Assembly: GCF_000020025.1 (NCBI RefSeq)
Contig: NC_010628.1
Span: 3,180,001-3,212,000 of the forward strand
Direction of reading: 5' to 3'
Length of the DNA: 32,000 bases
Source: Nostoc punctiforme PCC 73102
Lineage (GTDB): Bacteria > Cyanobacteriota > Cyanobacteriia > Cyanobacteriales > Nostocaceae
Under the pieces are notes generated by a model. It saw only the letters and a program-made list of their open reading frames with translations. It had not been told where the DNA came from and ran no database searches. The position numbers were made by a program, and so were the translations under genes. Positions 9,749 to 18,722 of this stretch are shown here, in pieces. Numbering within the stretch: the stretch's first letter is position 1; each line of letters opens with the position of its first letter.

Positions 9749-12745
9749 ATGAAGAACAGATTAACTTTTTATATGATTTTGTTACATAGTTTATTTTTAG
9801 GAATAACAACAGCTAACGCCAAGTCACCGTTTGTCAATGGAGTTGATCCAGATTTTTCAGCGAACCATAAGGCTGTGCGGGCTGTAAAAGCAATAGTTAC
9901 AGCCAATAGTCAGTTAACGACAGAAACTTCTTCAACTAAAATCTCAGCATTATCGCTAAATAATATCAATATTTCTCAAAAACAGAGGCTACCATCAGGG
10001 CAAGTTTGGGTGGTTAATCAAAATAAACACGTACAGCCTCAACCGTTTATTTGGGTAGTAAAAGATTCTAAAAAAGCAGGACAGCAACCATTTTTGCAAG
10101 TTGCAAAACCCGCAGAAAAGCCTAAGCCTGCCAAAACACCAGCAGCAAAGGATGATTTAGAGGTTTTTGATGAAGTAGTGAAAGACACGCAAAAGTCAGG
10201 GGGACTGTTCACCCTTTATCGCAATAAAGAAAAGAATAAAATTTATCTAGAAATTAAGCCAGAGCAACTCAATAAAAATTACCTCGCTACAGCAACCCTA
10301 GAATCGGGCATTGGCGAACGGGGTATTTACAGTGGTATGCCTCTGCAAGATTTTTTGTTTTATTTCCAACGGGTAGATGATAAATTAAACTTTGTCATCC
10401 GCAATGTTAATTTTCGCACTCGTGAGGGAGATCCTCAAGTGCGATCGCTAGCTCGGTCTTTTAGTGATTCTGTACTCTACAGCATTTCTATAAAAAGCAT
10501 TCATCCCCAACGCAAAACTCTTCTCATCGATTTAGGCGATTTATTACTGACAGATTTAGGCGGATTATCTGCAAATTTAGGAGTCCCAGCAACTACAGAC
10601 CAGTCCTATTTTGGTACTGCTAAAGCTTTTCCTCAAAACTTAGAAATTGAGTCAGTTTTAAATTTCTCTGGTACCAGCGATCGTGACAGCGAAACACCAA
10701 GTTTTGGTTCGCTAGCTGATAACCGTGGCTATACCTTGCGCGTCCACTATAGTCTCTCCCAGCTACCTGAAAAAGATTATCGACCGCGCCTTGCTGACGA
10801 TCGCATTGGCTATTTCATCACCGCTTACCAAGATTTATCCAAAGACGATCAGGGCGATTCTTTTGTCCGTTACATAAATCGCTGGGATTTAGAAAAACAA
10901 GACCCAAAAGCATTAATTTCTCGCCCCAAAAAACCGATTGTCTTCTGGATTGATAACGCTGTGCCCTTAGAGTACCGCGATGCGATGAAAGAAGGCATCC
11001 TAATGTGGAACAAAGCCTTTCTCAAAGCGGGATTCAAGGATGCAATTGAAGTCCGCCAGATGCCAGATGATGCAACATGGGACCCAGCAGATATTCGTTA
11101 CAACACAATTCGCTGGATTAACACAGTCGATGGTTATTTTGCAATGGGGCCATCCCGCGTTAATCCCTTGACAGGTGAAATTTTAGATGCAGACATTCTC
11201 GTAGATGCCAGCTTTGTCCGGGCGCTTAAGAATGAGTATCGCAAAATTGTCCAACCCAGCCAAACCCAAAGCCAGACGACCTTATCAGCTTTGATGCAAA
11301 ATCGTCTACTTTGCGCCAATGGTTTAGATGGCAAAAACAATGCTGTACCCAAGCAGATGCCAGGGCAACAAGAGTTGTTGAATCGTTTATCTAAAATGGC
11401 AGGCGAGTACGATTTATGCTATGGGATGGAAGCTGCTAACCAGTTTGCCCTTGGTTCCCTGGCGATGTCACTATTGCCAGATACCATGGCCACTCCAGAT
11501 CAGGTGAAAGAATATATCAATCAATATTTACGTTTAATCATTGCTCACGAAGTTGGACATACTCTTGGTTTACGTCATAACTTTCGTGGTAGTACTCTGC
11601 TAGCACCAGAGGAAATGAATAATACGGAAATTACCAAAAATAAAGGTCTGACAACTTCCGTAATGGACTACATTCCCCCAAATATTGCCCCTCAAGGGAC
11701 AAAACAGGGAGATTATTTTCCTAGTATGGTAGGGCCTTATGATGAATGGGCGATTAAATATGGCTACATCCCAATTAAGACATCAACTCCCATAGCAGAA
11801 AAGCCAATTTTGGAGGAAATTGCCACACAATCTTATAAACCAGAGTTGAGTTATTCTACAGATGAAGATGTCTATGACCTTGACCCAACTGCTGATGCTT
11901 GGGATAACAGTGGCAATGTGTTGCTTTATTCTCAGTGGCAGTTGAATAATTCGCGGGTGATGTGGGAGCGTCTCGATAAACGTTATCCATTAGCTGGTGA
12001 TAGTTACAGCGATGTCAGCGAACGTTTTAGTACAGTATTGGGTAACTATTTTCAACAAATATATTACACCACTAAATACATCGGGGGACAGTCTTTTTAT
12101 CGCATTCACCCTAGCGAAATCCCCTCCGGAGTTGGGCAGCACCGATTACCATTTGAAGCAGTACCAGTTAAAGAACAACGACAAGCTTTAGAAACCCTGC
12201 AAAAGTATTTGTTTGCAGAAGATGCTCTGAGCTTTTCACCAGAACTACTGAATAAATTAGCACCTTCCCGTTGGCGACATTGGGGTAGTTCTCCCCAAGT
12301 TGGTCGTTTGGATTTTCCGATTCATGACTTGGTGCTGCTCATGCAGGGTTCTGTATTGCGAGATTTACTCTCAGGCGATCGCCTCTCTCGCCTCAAGGAT
12401 ATTGAACTTAAAACTAAGCCAGAAAATGCATTGACTCTACCGGAACTATTTGACACTTTGCAATCAGGTATCTGGACAGAAGTAATCAAACCAAAAGGTA
12501 AGCCAATGAAGATTGCCAGTTTACGGCGAGGCTTGCAGCGCCAATACCTGGACATTTTGACTAATATGGTGTTGAGAAAAGAATATGTCCCAGAAGATGC
12601 TCGGACTCTAGCTTGGTATAAACTCAAACAACTAGATGAGAAACTCAAGGGGGTTAATTCTGAGGATGAATACACCAAAGCGCATTTATTAGAAACACGC
12701 GATCGCATCGAGAAAGTCTTGAATGCACCGTTGCAAGGGAATTAA
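9749..12745 (+). CDS. Secreted zinc-dependent metalloprotease (zincin; DUF5117/DUF4953-like layout)
   Basis: 998 aa with an N-terminal signal peptide (ITTANAKSP). It carries the HEVGHTLGLRHNF (HExxHxxGxxH) motif, and an upstream out-of-frame ATG at 9744 terminates immediately. Confidence 0.88.
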   Translation: MKNRLTFYMILLHSLFLGITTANAKSPFVNGVDPDFSANHKAVRAVKAIVTANSQLTTETSSTKISALSLNNINISQKQRLPSGQVWVVNQNKHVQPQPFIWVVKDSKKAGQQPFLQVAKPAEKPKPAKTPAAKDDLEVFDEVVKDTQKSGGLFTLYRNKEKNKIYLEIKPEQLNKNYLATATLESGIGERGIYSGMPLQDFLFYFQRVDDKLNFVIRNVNFRTREGDPQVRSLARSFSDSVLYSISIKSIHPQRKTLLIDLGDLLLTDLGGLSANLGVPATTDQSYFGTAKAFPQNLEIESVLNFSGTSDRDSETPSFGSLADNRGYTLRVHYSLSQLPEKDYRPRLADDRIGYFITAYQDLSKDDQGDSFVRYINRWDLEKQDPKALISRPKKPIVFWIDNAVPLEYRDAMKEGILMWNKAFLKAGFKDAIEVRQMPDDATWDPADIRYNTIRWINTVDGYFAMGPSRVNPLTGEILDADILVDASFVRALKNEYRKIVQPSQTQSQTTLSALMQNRLLCANGLDGKNNAVPKQMPGQQELLNRLSKMAGEYDLCYGMEAANQFALGSLAMSLLPDTMATPDQVKEYINQYLRLIIAHEVGHTLGLRHNFRGSTLLAPEEMNNTEITKNKGLTTSVMDYIPPNIAPQGTKQGDYFPSMVGPYDEWAIKYGYIPIKTSTPIAEKPILEEIATQSYKPELSYSTDEDVYDLDPTADAWDNSGNVLLYSQWQLNNSRVMWERLDKRYPLAGDSYSDVSERFSTVLGNYFQQIYYTTKYIGGQSFYRIHPSEIPSGVGQHRLPFEAVPVKEQRQALETLQKYLFAEDALSFSPELLNKLAPSRWRHWGSSPQVGRLDFPIHDLVLLMQGSVLRDLLSGDRLSRLKDIELKTKPENALTLPELFDTLQSGIWTEVIKPKGKPMKIASLRRGLQRQYLDILTNMVLRKEYVPEDARTLAWYKLKQLDEKLKGVNSEDEYTKAHLLETRDRIEKVLNAPLQGN

Positions 12746-12752
12746 ACAAGTT

Positions 12753-12780
12753 GTAGAGACGCGATTAATCGCGTCTTTTT
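12753..12780 (+). terminator. Dispersed palindromic element, copy 2, followed by a T-run; likely intrinsic terminator of the metalloprotease gene
   Basis: The sequence reads gtagAGACGCGATTAATCGCGTCTttttt. The 20-bp perfect palindrome at 12757-12776 is directly followed by T5, starting 8 nt past the stop codon. Confidence 0.7.
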
Positions 12781-12871
12781 GGCAAAATATATCAAGTTTC
12801 TGTTTTAGAAATAAAAAACTCAAAATGAGGCAGCAGATGAGCGAGTTTCCTCCTGCTACCTCTGCTTTCTC

Positions 12872-13606
12872 CTAACTACTCAACGCCTTTAAGAACCGTT
12901 GCAAACTCCTAAATACATTGGGCTTTCTCGCAGGTGCAGCGTCCGTTGTTGTTTGCGGTTGTCCTTTTAAAAGGATCTGATCCAAATCATCACCCGATGG
13001 TTTTGTGGGTAATTCAGCAATTCTTTGATATTCGCCGTCGGTTTCCAGCCAAACTTCCCACTGTCCGGGATAGCAGCGAGATAGGGCGCTTTGCTCGTCT
13101 ATGGGGCGCAGGTAATAACAGGATTCAATGGTATTAGTGAAACGCAGACGAGTTTGCCTTGCTGCATAACCAATGCCCACAGTTCCAGAATCTTCTAAAC
13201 GGGGATTTAAAAAGACTACAGGGCGATCGCCTATTTCTTGACATAGCTTTTCCACCTGCGGTACTTCTACGGAAGTGGGGGCAATGAATAAGAAAATTTC
13301 ATCCTCTGGCTGAATTTTTGTTTGTAAGGAAGCAGTCCTTCCCGTACCAATATCCAAAATTTGAAATGGTGCATCTGTCCAATTGCGACGGGCTAAAGCC
13401 GCAGCACCCGCGTCAGCAAAGAAAATCTTCAAACGGGAATCATATTCTGTAAACAGTGGCAGAAATTGTTCCGCCACCGGCATAAACTTGAGTTCTGGAA
13501 ACAGGAACTCAACCTGTATGCGAGTACAACCATCTGCAAGGGCAGCTTGGACGGCTGTACGAGATTGGGCGATCGCATCTTCAAGGGTATTAGGAAGTTC
13601 ACTCAT
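12872..13606 (-). CDS. DUF1995-domain protein
   Basis: 244 aa. The sequence pattern (RIQVEFLFPELK, FFADAGAAALARR, VVFLNPRLED) is remembered as the cyanobacterial/plastid DUF1995 family. Confidence 0.8.
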   Translation of the reverse strand: MSELPNTLEDAIAQSRTAVQAALADGCTRIQVEFLFPELKFMPVAEQFLPLFTEYDSRLKIFFADAGAAALARRNWTDAPFQILDIGTGRTASLQTKIQPEDEIFLFIAPTSVEVPQVEKLCQEIGDRPVVFLNPRLEDSGTVGIGYAARQTRLRFTNTIESCYYLRPIDEQSALSRCYPGQWEVWLETDGEYQRIAELPTKPSGDDLDQILLKGQPQTTTDAAPARKPNVFRSLQRFLKALSS

Positions 13607-13790
13607 AATTTTTTGTGTCGCTTTAGCATTACTTCCATTGTTCCAGTATTGGCTATGATTGAGGGAGTAAACACAAAGCTGTTTTACATCCCAAATTTAG
13701 AGTGCGATCGCATAGAAGACACACTCAAAATTTTACCTGTTGGAAAAAGACTCGTTTAAAACTTTCAGCGATAACGGCATAGAGCGCCGA

Positions 13791-13967
13791 TCAGATAAAA
13801 CCTAGATATTTTGATACGCGATACGCAAGCAAAATTCCTGCAATACCACCGATAACGCTAAAGAAGATTGAGGCGAACGATAGCAAACTTCCACCCCACA
13901 AGACTGGGATGTAGCTGCCAATCGTAGAGCCAATGAACACCCCAATCCCAATGATGAATTTATTCAT
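13791..13967 (-). CDS. Small two-helix membrane protein (58 aa), below the ORF-track size cut-off
   Basis: Hand translation gives MNKFIIGIGVFIGSTIGSYIPVLWGGSLLSFASIFFSVIGGIAGILLAYRVSKYLGFI with an ATG start and TGA stop. It has two Gly-rich hydrophobic segments. Confidence 0.55.
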   Translation of the reverse strand: MNKFIIGIGVFIGSTIGSYIPVLWGGSLLSFASIFFSVIGGIAGILLAYRVSKYLGFI

Positions 13968-14031
13968 TCAAGAAAAGCCTCAACAGTCATAAAAATTAAG
14001 TCATGCTTGAACTCCTTTATGACTCAAAATA

Positions 14032-14250
14032 TTACCTTTTGGGAAAAACTCGTTTAACAATACGAAGCTGGGATAACTTGAAATATCCTGAATGTTCCAG
14101 ATTATCACCCAGATATAGAGCAACGCTTTCATCATTCCACGCAGAAAAATTTAAGTTGGTGTTGAGGTTGACCACTTTTCCACGACCAACTGTGCTGGGA
14201 GCCTTGCGTTTTAAAGTCTTGAAGGAAATGGGTTCTGAGTTAGCTGTCAT
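14032..14250 (-). CDS. Small hypothetical ORF directly downstream of, and overlapping, the endonuclease stop
   Basis: The minus-strand ORF reads MTANSEPISFKTLKRKAPSTVGRGKVV... (72 aa from the ATG at 14250; further in-frame ATGs lie at 14259 and 14265). It overlaps the stop of the upstream gene. No motif was recognised. Confidence 0.3.
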   Translation of the reverse strand: MTANSEPISFKTLKRKAPSTVGRGKVVNLNTNLNFSAWNDESVALYLGDNLEHSGYFKLSQLRIVKRVFPKR

Positions 14251-15127
14251 CAGTAACATCTTCATGTGTAGAAACGGGTAATGGCTGTCCAACAAACAAT
14301 AAGCTGCTTTGTTGTAACTTCTCCTCAATTTGCCTTAACATTACTTCTAGCTCCACTCTTGGGCTGGTTTGTAAACCAAGACACTGTGCGATTCCATTTG
14401 CATTTGTACTCCAACGCTTTGTAAGTTGAATACGATAACCTGAAGCTTCAGTAAGCAACTCGTAGGAGTGAAAATGCATAGGATTTCCAAGACGAGCATC
14501 TTGAATATGTTCAAAGGAAAATTCTCGTTGCATGTAATCAATAAGGCAATCTTGAACTACCAAAACAAGATGTTTGCTGAGATGTTCAAACGTGTGAATT
14601 TTGTGATGGAGTTGCATCAAGATTGTCTTTGCAGTCATTTTCCAGTTCATACCAAAACCTTTCCCCGATGCGACATCCACATCTCTTACTGAAACACCAT
14701 GACGCTGGAGAAAACGTTGTCGTTCTGGCCAGACTGTTCCAGTAGTATCAAGAGTTTGCAGTTCAATGCTAATAAAATCGATGACTTTTCCTGAACGTAC
14801 AGAAGCAAGACAGTAATCTATACTACCTCCTGGTACTGCAATTTCAGGAACAATCCGAAGTTCGTTACCAGGCTCATGAAGTGTCAATAAATGAATACAA
14901 TCTGTAAAGATTTGACTACGTTCAAGAAGTCGAAACGGACAGATAATAATATTCCGGGCTTCCCTACCGTAAGAAACTGTACATGAGCCGATAGTAAGAT
15001 CAGGCTCACTTTTCCTATTCTTAAGACATTTGCGAGATAGGAAAGGACAGTTTTGACTAGAGGCAATATCACTCCAGATAAGTGATTGGTTTGTAGGATT
15101 ACCGTACAATTCGACAACTTTAGTCAT
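14240..15127 (-). CDS. Type II restriction endonuclease, NotI family (Cys4 metal site plus PD-(D/E)xK core)
   Basis: CPFLSRKC...GSCTV...ICPFR matches the remembered NotI N-terminal Cys4 cluster (CPFL, C-x-K, G-x-C-x-V, CPxR). IELQTLD matches NotI LEIQTMD. The ATG at 15127 overlaps the methylase stop as ATGA. The track's longer version begins at a GTG at 15142. Confidence 0.75.
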   Translation of the reverse strand: MTKVVELYGNPTNQSLIWSDIASSQNCPFLSRKCLKNRKSEPDLTIGSCTVSYGREARNIIICPFRLLERSQIFTDCIHLLTLHEPGNELRIVPEIAVPGGSIDYCLASVRSGKVIDFISIELQTLDTTGTVWPERQRFLQRHGVSVRDVDVASGKGFGMNWKMTAKTILMQLHHKIHTFEHLSKHLVLVVQDCLIDYMQREFSFEHIQDARLGNPMHFHSYELLTEASGYRIQLTKRWSTNANGIAQCLGLQTSPRVELEVMLRQIEEKLQQSSLLFVGQPLPVSTHEDVTDDS

Positions 15128-16212
15128 AACAGTAGTCCACACCTTTCATGAGCAGCAGTAATGTATTCGCCTGAAATATCAATTCCAATCGAGCTTCGTC
15201 CCAGTTGAAATGCAACCAAATTTGTTGTACCTGTTCCTGTAAATGGGTCTAGTACAACACCAGATTGTGGACAGGTAGCAAGAATCGGAAGTTTACAGAT
15301 ATCTTCAGGGTAGGGTGCAAAATGAAGTTTCCGTTTTTGAGTATCTTCTGGCAAAATATCCCAGACATCGCTAGGTTTACTACCATTTGGGTGATATTTG
15401 AGAAAATAGAAGCCGCGTTCAGTAAGTTCACGCGCTCGTCCAGAAACCTTTGCTGAATCGGAGTGCGTAGTTCGTTGCTGACCACGAATAATCATGCGAA
15501 AGTCAGATAATTTACCTAGTCGCACTTCCTGTAATATTTCACCAAGAGCCTTCAGAGCATTTGTACGTTCTAAATCACTAAGCGCTGTAGATAATTCAAT
15601 TTGCCGACGATAGCGTACACCAGAAACGCCTGTTGCAGAAACTACGGAACCATTGACAACCTTGGCTTGTCTTGGCTTCGAGCGAATTGCATCAACATCG
15701 TAAAAATAGCGGTCTGTCTTTACAAAATGGAAAACAGGTTCATACACATTTCGGAGTTTGTCTTTTGCATTATCAGGTGCGCCTTTTACTTTATTCCAAA
15801 TGACGCTATTGCGAAGAATCCAACCTTGTTTATCGCTCATTGCTAGTGCAACTCGCCAGGGTATACCAATCAGAGATTTACGCTGATATGTATCTCCGAG
15901 ATTTAACCAAAAAGATCCACTGGGTTTAAGAATTCGCTTTACTTCACAGAAGATTCCAAGCAAGTTATTGATATAGTCTTCCCACTTTTCCTCAAGACCA
16001 ATTCCTCCATTAATGTAAGCCCTTTGTCCCCAATAGGGGGGAGATGTGATTACACAATCGATACAATCAGCAGGAAATAACTTTAGTAGGGCATAACTGT
16101 CAGCCTGTAAGAACAGTGGTGTGCTGTTTGATGAAGTGAGGTAATCCTTAACAGAACCTATATTCTTCAGAAGCTCGTTCTCCTCAATCATCGGAACACC
16201 TAGCGAATTCAT
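15124..16212 (-). CDS. Beta-class N4-cytosine/N6-adenine DNA methyltransferase (PF01555-type), SPPY variant
   Basis: 362 aa. Motif IV (TSPPYWGQR) lies near the N-terminus and AdoMet motif I (LDPFTGTGTT) near the C-terminus, which is the beta permutation. It is adjacent to the endonuclease. Confidence 0.9.
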   Translation of the reverse strand: MNSLGVPMIEENELLKNIGSVKDYLTSSNSTPLFLQADSYALLKLFPADCIDCVITSPPYWGQRAYINGGIGLEEKWEDYINNLLGIFCEVKRILKPSGSFWLNLGDTYQRKSLIGIPWRVALAMSDKQGWILRNSVIWNKVKGAPDNAKDKLRNVYEPVFHFVKTDRYFYDVDAIRSKPRQAKVVNGSVVSATGVSGVRYRRQIELSTALSDLERTNALKALGEILQEVRLGKLSDFRMIIRGQQRTTHSDSAKVSGRARELTERGFYFLKYHPNGSKPSDVWDILPEDTQKRKLHFAPYPEDICKLPILATCPQSGVVLDPFTGTGTTNLVAFQLGRSSIGIDISGEYITAAHERCGLLL

Positions 16213-16216
16213 CCTA

Positions 16217-17425
16217 TTACTTTACTTGAATTTGAAGGAGCTGTTGCTTTAATGATTCGCCTGTCAGCCTTTGCAAAACTTGCTTCAATACCATTACCGT
16301 CCAATCTATATCAGCTTCAGTGCTATCACGCCCCAATGTGATGCGAATTCCACCCAAGGCGGCTTTTTCGGAATAACCCATTGCTAACAATATTGGGCTA
16401 GGACTAAGTTTACCACTGTGACAGGCAGCACCAGCACTGATGCCGATGCCAGCAAGGTTTAGCTGTCGTACCAAGGCTTTACCGCTAAGTTTTTTCCCGT
16501 CGGCGTTTTCTAAGCACATACTGACATGGTGAGGTAAACGATCGCAGCCATCCCCTGTAGGAATTAAACCAGGAATCTCAGCTAATTGGGCAAAGGCGCG
16601 ATCGCGTAACTCAATTAATCGTGGTGTTTCTATAGCCAATTCTTGCGCTGCTAATTCTGCTGCTACACCAAATCCGGCAATTATCGGTACTGCTTGCGTA
16701 CCAGAACGCAGCCCCATTTCTTGCCCACCACCACTCAGTAAGGGCATCAATTCCACACCAGGACGCACATACAACGCCCCTGCACCTTGCGGCCCATATA
16801 TTTTATGACTAGAAAGGCTAAGTAAATCTACGTCTAGTTGTTGCACATCTATGGGTAAACGTCCCGCAGCTTGCACCGCATCTGTATGGAACAAAGTACC
16901 ATGCGATGGCTCCGCTCGCCGCAGGCATCGCACAATCTTACCCAGTTCTGCGATCGGTTGCACTGTCCCTACTTCACTTTGACCATAAATTATGGAAACT
17001 AAAACTGTGTTATGTCGCAACGCAGCCTTTAAATCTAGGGGATTGACTCTACCTTTAATATCTACAGACAAGCGCGTAACTTCCCAACCCCACATTTCTA
17101 GCAACTTTACTGTTTCCGAAATTGCGGAATGCTCGACGCTGGAAATAATTAGATGTTGAGGAACAGCATACAACCGAGCCACACCCATGATCGCTAAATT
17201 ATTTGCCTCAGTGCCACCAGAGGTAAAAACGATTGATTCAGGATTGGCAGCGTTAATTAAACTAGCAACTTGAACTCTGGCTTGTTCAACAACCGTTGCA
17301 GCCCGTTGTCCCCACTCATGTAAGCTGGAAGGATTGCCCCACTGTTGAGTCAGGACTGTTTGTATAACTGCGATCGCTTCTTTTCGAGTGGGAGTAGTAG
17401 CGCTGTAATCTAGATAAATTTGCAT
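16217..17425 (-). CDS. Class I (NifS/IscS-like) cysteine desulfurase
   Basis: 402 aa. It has the PLD-lysine context SSHKIYGPQGAGALY (PLP-binding lysine), the catalytic-loop cysteine in SAGAACHSG, and the N-terminal IYLDYSATTP. Confidence 0.92.
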   Translation of the reverse strand: MQIYLDYSATTPTRKEAIAVIQTVLTQQWGNPSSLHEWGQRAATVVEQARVQVASLINAANPESIVFTSGGTEANNLAIMGVARLYAVPQHLIISSVEHSAISETVKLLEMWGWEVTRLSVDIKGRVNPLDLKAALRHNTVLVSIIYGQSEVGTVQPIAELGKIVRCLRRAEPSHGTLFHTDAVQAAGRLPIDVQQLDVDLLSLSSHKIYGPQGAGALYVRPGVELMPLLSGGGQEMGLRSGTQAVPIIAGFGVAAELAAQELAIETPRLIELRDRAFAQLAEIPGLIPTGDGCDRLPHHVSMCLENADGKKLSGKALVRQLNLAGIGISAGAACHSGKLSPSPILLAMGYSEKAALGGIRITLGRDSTEADIDWTVMVLKQVLQRLTGESLKQQLLQIQVK

Positions 17426-17643
17426 ATAGCCGATAATGGTGAGAACACACTTTGGTAATAAGCTGGTGATCTTTTCAGAAGATGCAGTTTACGTGGATAA
17501 ATCCTGAAAAAAATCTTGGTAATTCTGCATCTAGGAGTGGATTTTTCCCTTTGTTTGGAAAGTTATTTTTCTAATTAATTTAGAACACAAAATTTTGGGA
17601 ATGATAAATCTGTCCACTCCCAATCCACTTTTAACAGATTACA

Positions 17644-18711
17644 GTGCAACTTATCTCTAGACAAAGATATTTTTCATATATCTTTTTACTGATATTCTCC
17701 CTCGCTGGTTGTCAACGAGTCCAGTCTTTCAATCAGCGTCCAGCACCTTTACCACAAGACCCTTTAGTTCAAGTTTACTTTAACCATTCTGAGTCTTCAG
17801 AATACAAAGAAGCTTACCGTCAGCAAACTCGCTTGGGGGATGATTTAGAAAAAGAAATTGTCAATGCTATTACGCACGCTAAATCTACGATTGATGTGGC
17901 GGTGCAAGAATTACGTTTACCCAAAGTTGCCCAAGCACTGGTTGATAGACAAAAAGCTGGGGTAAAAGTCAGGATAATTTTAGAAAATACCTACAGCAGA
18001 CCTTGGAGTAGTTTAACATCTGCTGAAGTAAGTAAGTTAGATAAAAGGGAACAAGAACGCTACAACGAATTTCGCAAATTTATCGATATTAACCAAGATA
18101 ATCAACTCAGCCCAGCAGAAATCAATCAAAGAGATGCTTTAATAATTTTGCAGAATGCTAAAATTCCCTGGATAGACGATCGAGCAGATGGTTCAGCAGG
18201 TAGCAGCTTGATGCACCACAAATTTGTGATTGTAGATAATCGCATTGTCATTATCACTTCGGCCAATTTTACTTTAAGTGATACTTATGGTGATTTCACA
18301 AATTCCAATACTTTAGGCAATGCCAATAACTTATTGGAGATTGACAGCCCAGAATTAGCATCTTTATTTACAGAAGAGTTTAATATTATGTGGGGAGATG
18401 GGCCAGGAGGTAAGCCAGATAGTCGATTTGGGTTAGAAAAACCGATAAGATCGCCTAAAAAAATTACATTAAATCAAACTACAATTACTGTGCAATTTTC
18501 ACCAACTTCTCCGACTGAACCCTGGAGTAATAGTAGTAATGGTTTAATTGGTAAAACTTTAGATTCAGCAACCAAATCTGTTGATATGGCGTTATTTGTC
18601 CTTTCCGATCAGCGACTTGCTAATATCTTAGAAAATCGCCATCAACAAAATGTACAAATTCGCGCTTTAATTGAACCACAATTTGCATATCGTCCCTACA
18701 AGGACGGTTAA
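17644..18711 (+). CDS. Phospholipase D/HKD-superfamily lipoprotein, apparently 3'-truncated (second HKD motif missing)
   Basis: 355 aa with a GTG start and a lipobox (LAGC). The first HKD motif is HHKFVIVDNRIVIITSANFT. The second lobe begins (ATKSVDMALFVLSDQRLANILE...VQIRALIE mirrors AKSTIDVAVQELRLPKVAQALV...VKVRIILE), but the ORF ends about 12 aa later. Confidence 0.8.
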   Translation: MQLISRQRYFSYIFLLIFSLAGCQRVQSFNQRPAPLPQDPLVQVYFNHSESSEYKEAYRQQTRLGDDLEKEIVNAITHAKSTIDVAVQELRLPKVAQALVDRQKAGVKVRIILENTYSRPWSSLTSAEVSKLDKREQERYNEFRKFIDINQDNQLSPAEINQRDALIILQNAKIPWIDDRADGSAGSSLMHHKFVIVDNRIVIITSANFTLSDTYGDFTNSNTLGNANNLLEIDSPELASLFTEEFNIMWGDGPGGKPDSRFGLEKPIRSPKKITLNQTTITVQFSPTSPTEPWSNSSNGLIGKTLDSATKSVDMALFVLSDQRLANILENRHQQNVQIRALIEPQFAYRPYKDG

Positions 18712-18722
18712 GGCGGCAAATC

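Noticed and set aside
14003-14281. 92-aa plus-strand ORF downstream of the restriction gene
   Set aside because: It has an odd composition, no start context, and lies opposite to all neighbouring genes. The minus-strand ORF is marginally more plausible, and neither is strongly supported.
16217-17425. Cysteine desulfurase next to an R-M cassette as a Dnd/Ssp-type phosphorothioation system
   Set aside because: No DndB-E or SspB-D-like genes are present. The desulfurase carries HIP1 sites and host-like composition, whereas the R-M genes do not. The adjacency is better explained by insertion of the cassette behind a housekeeping gene.
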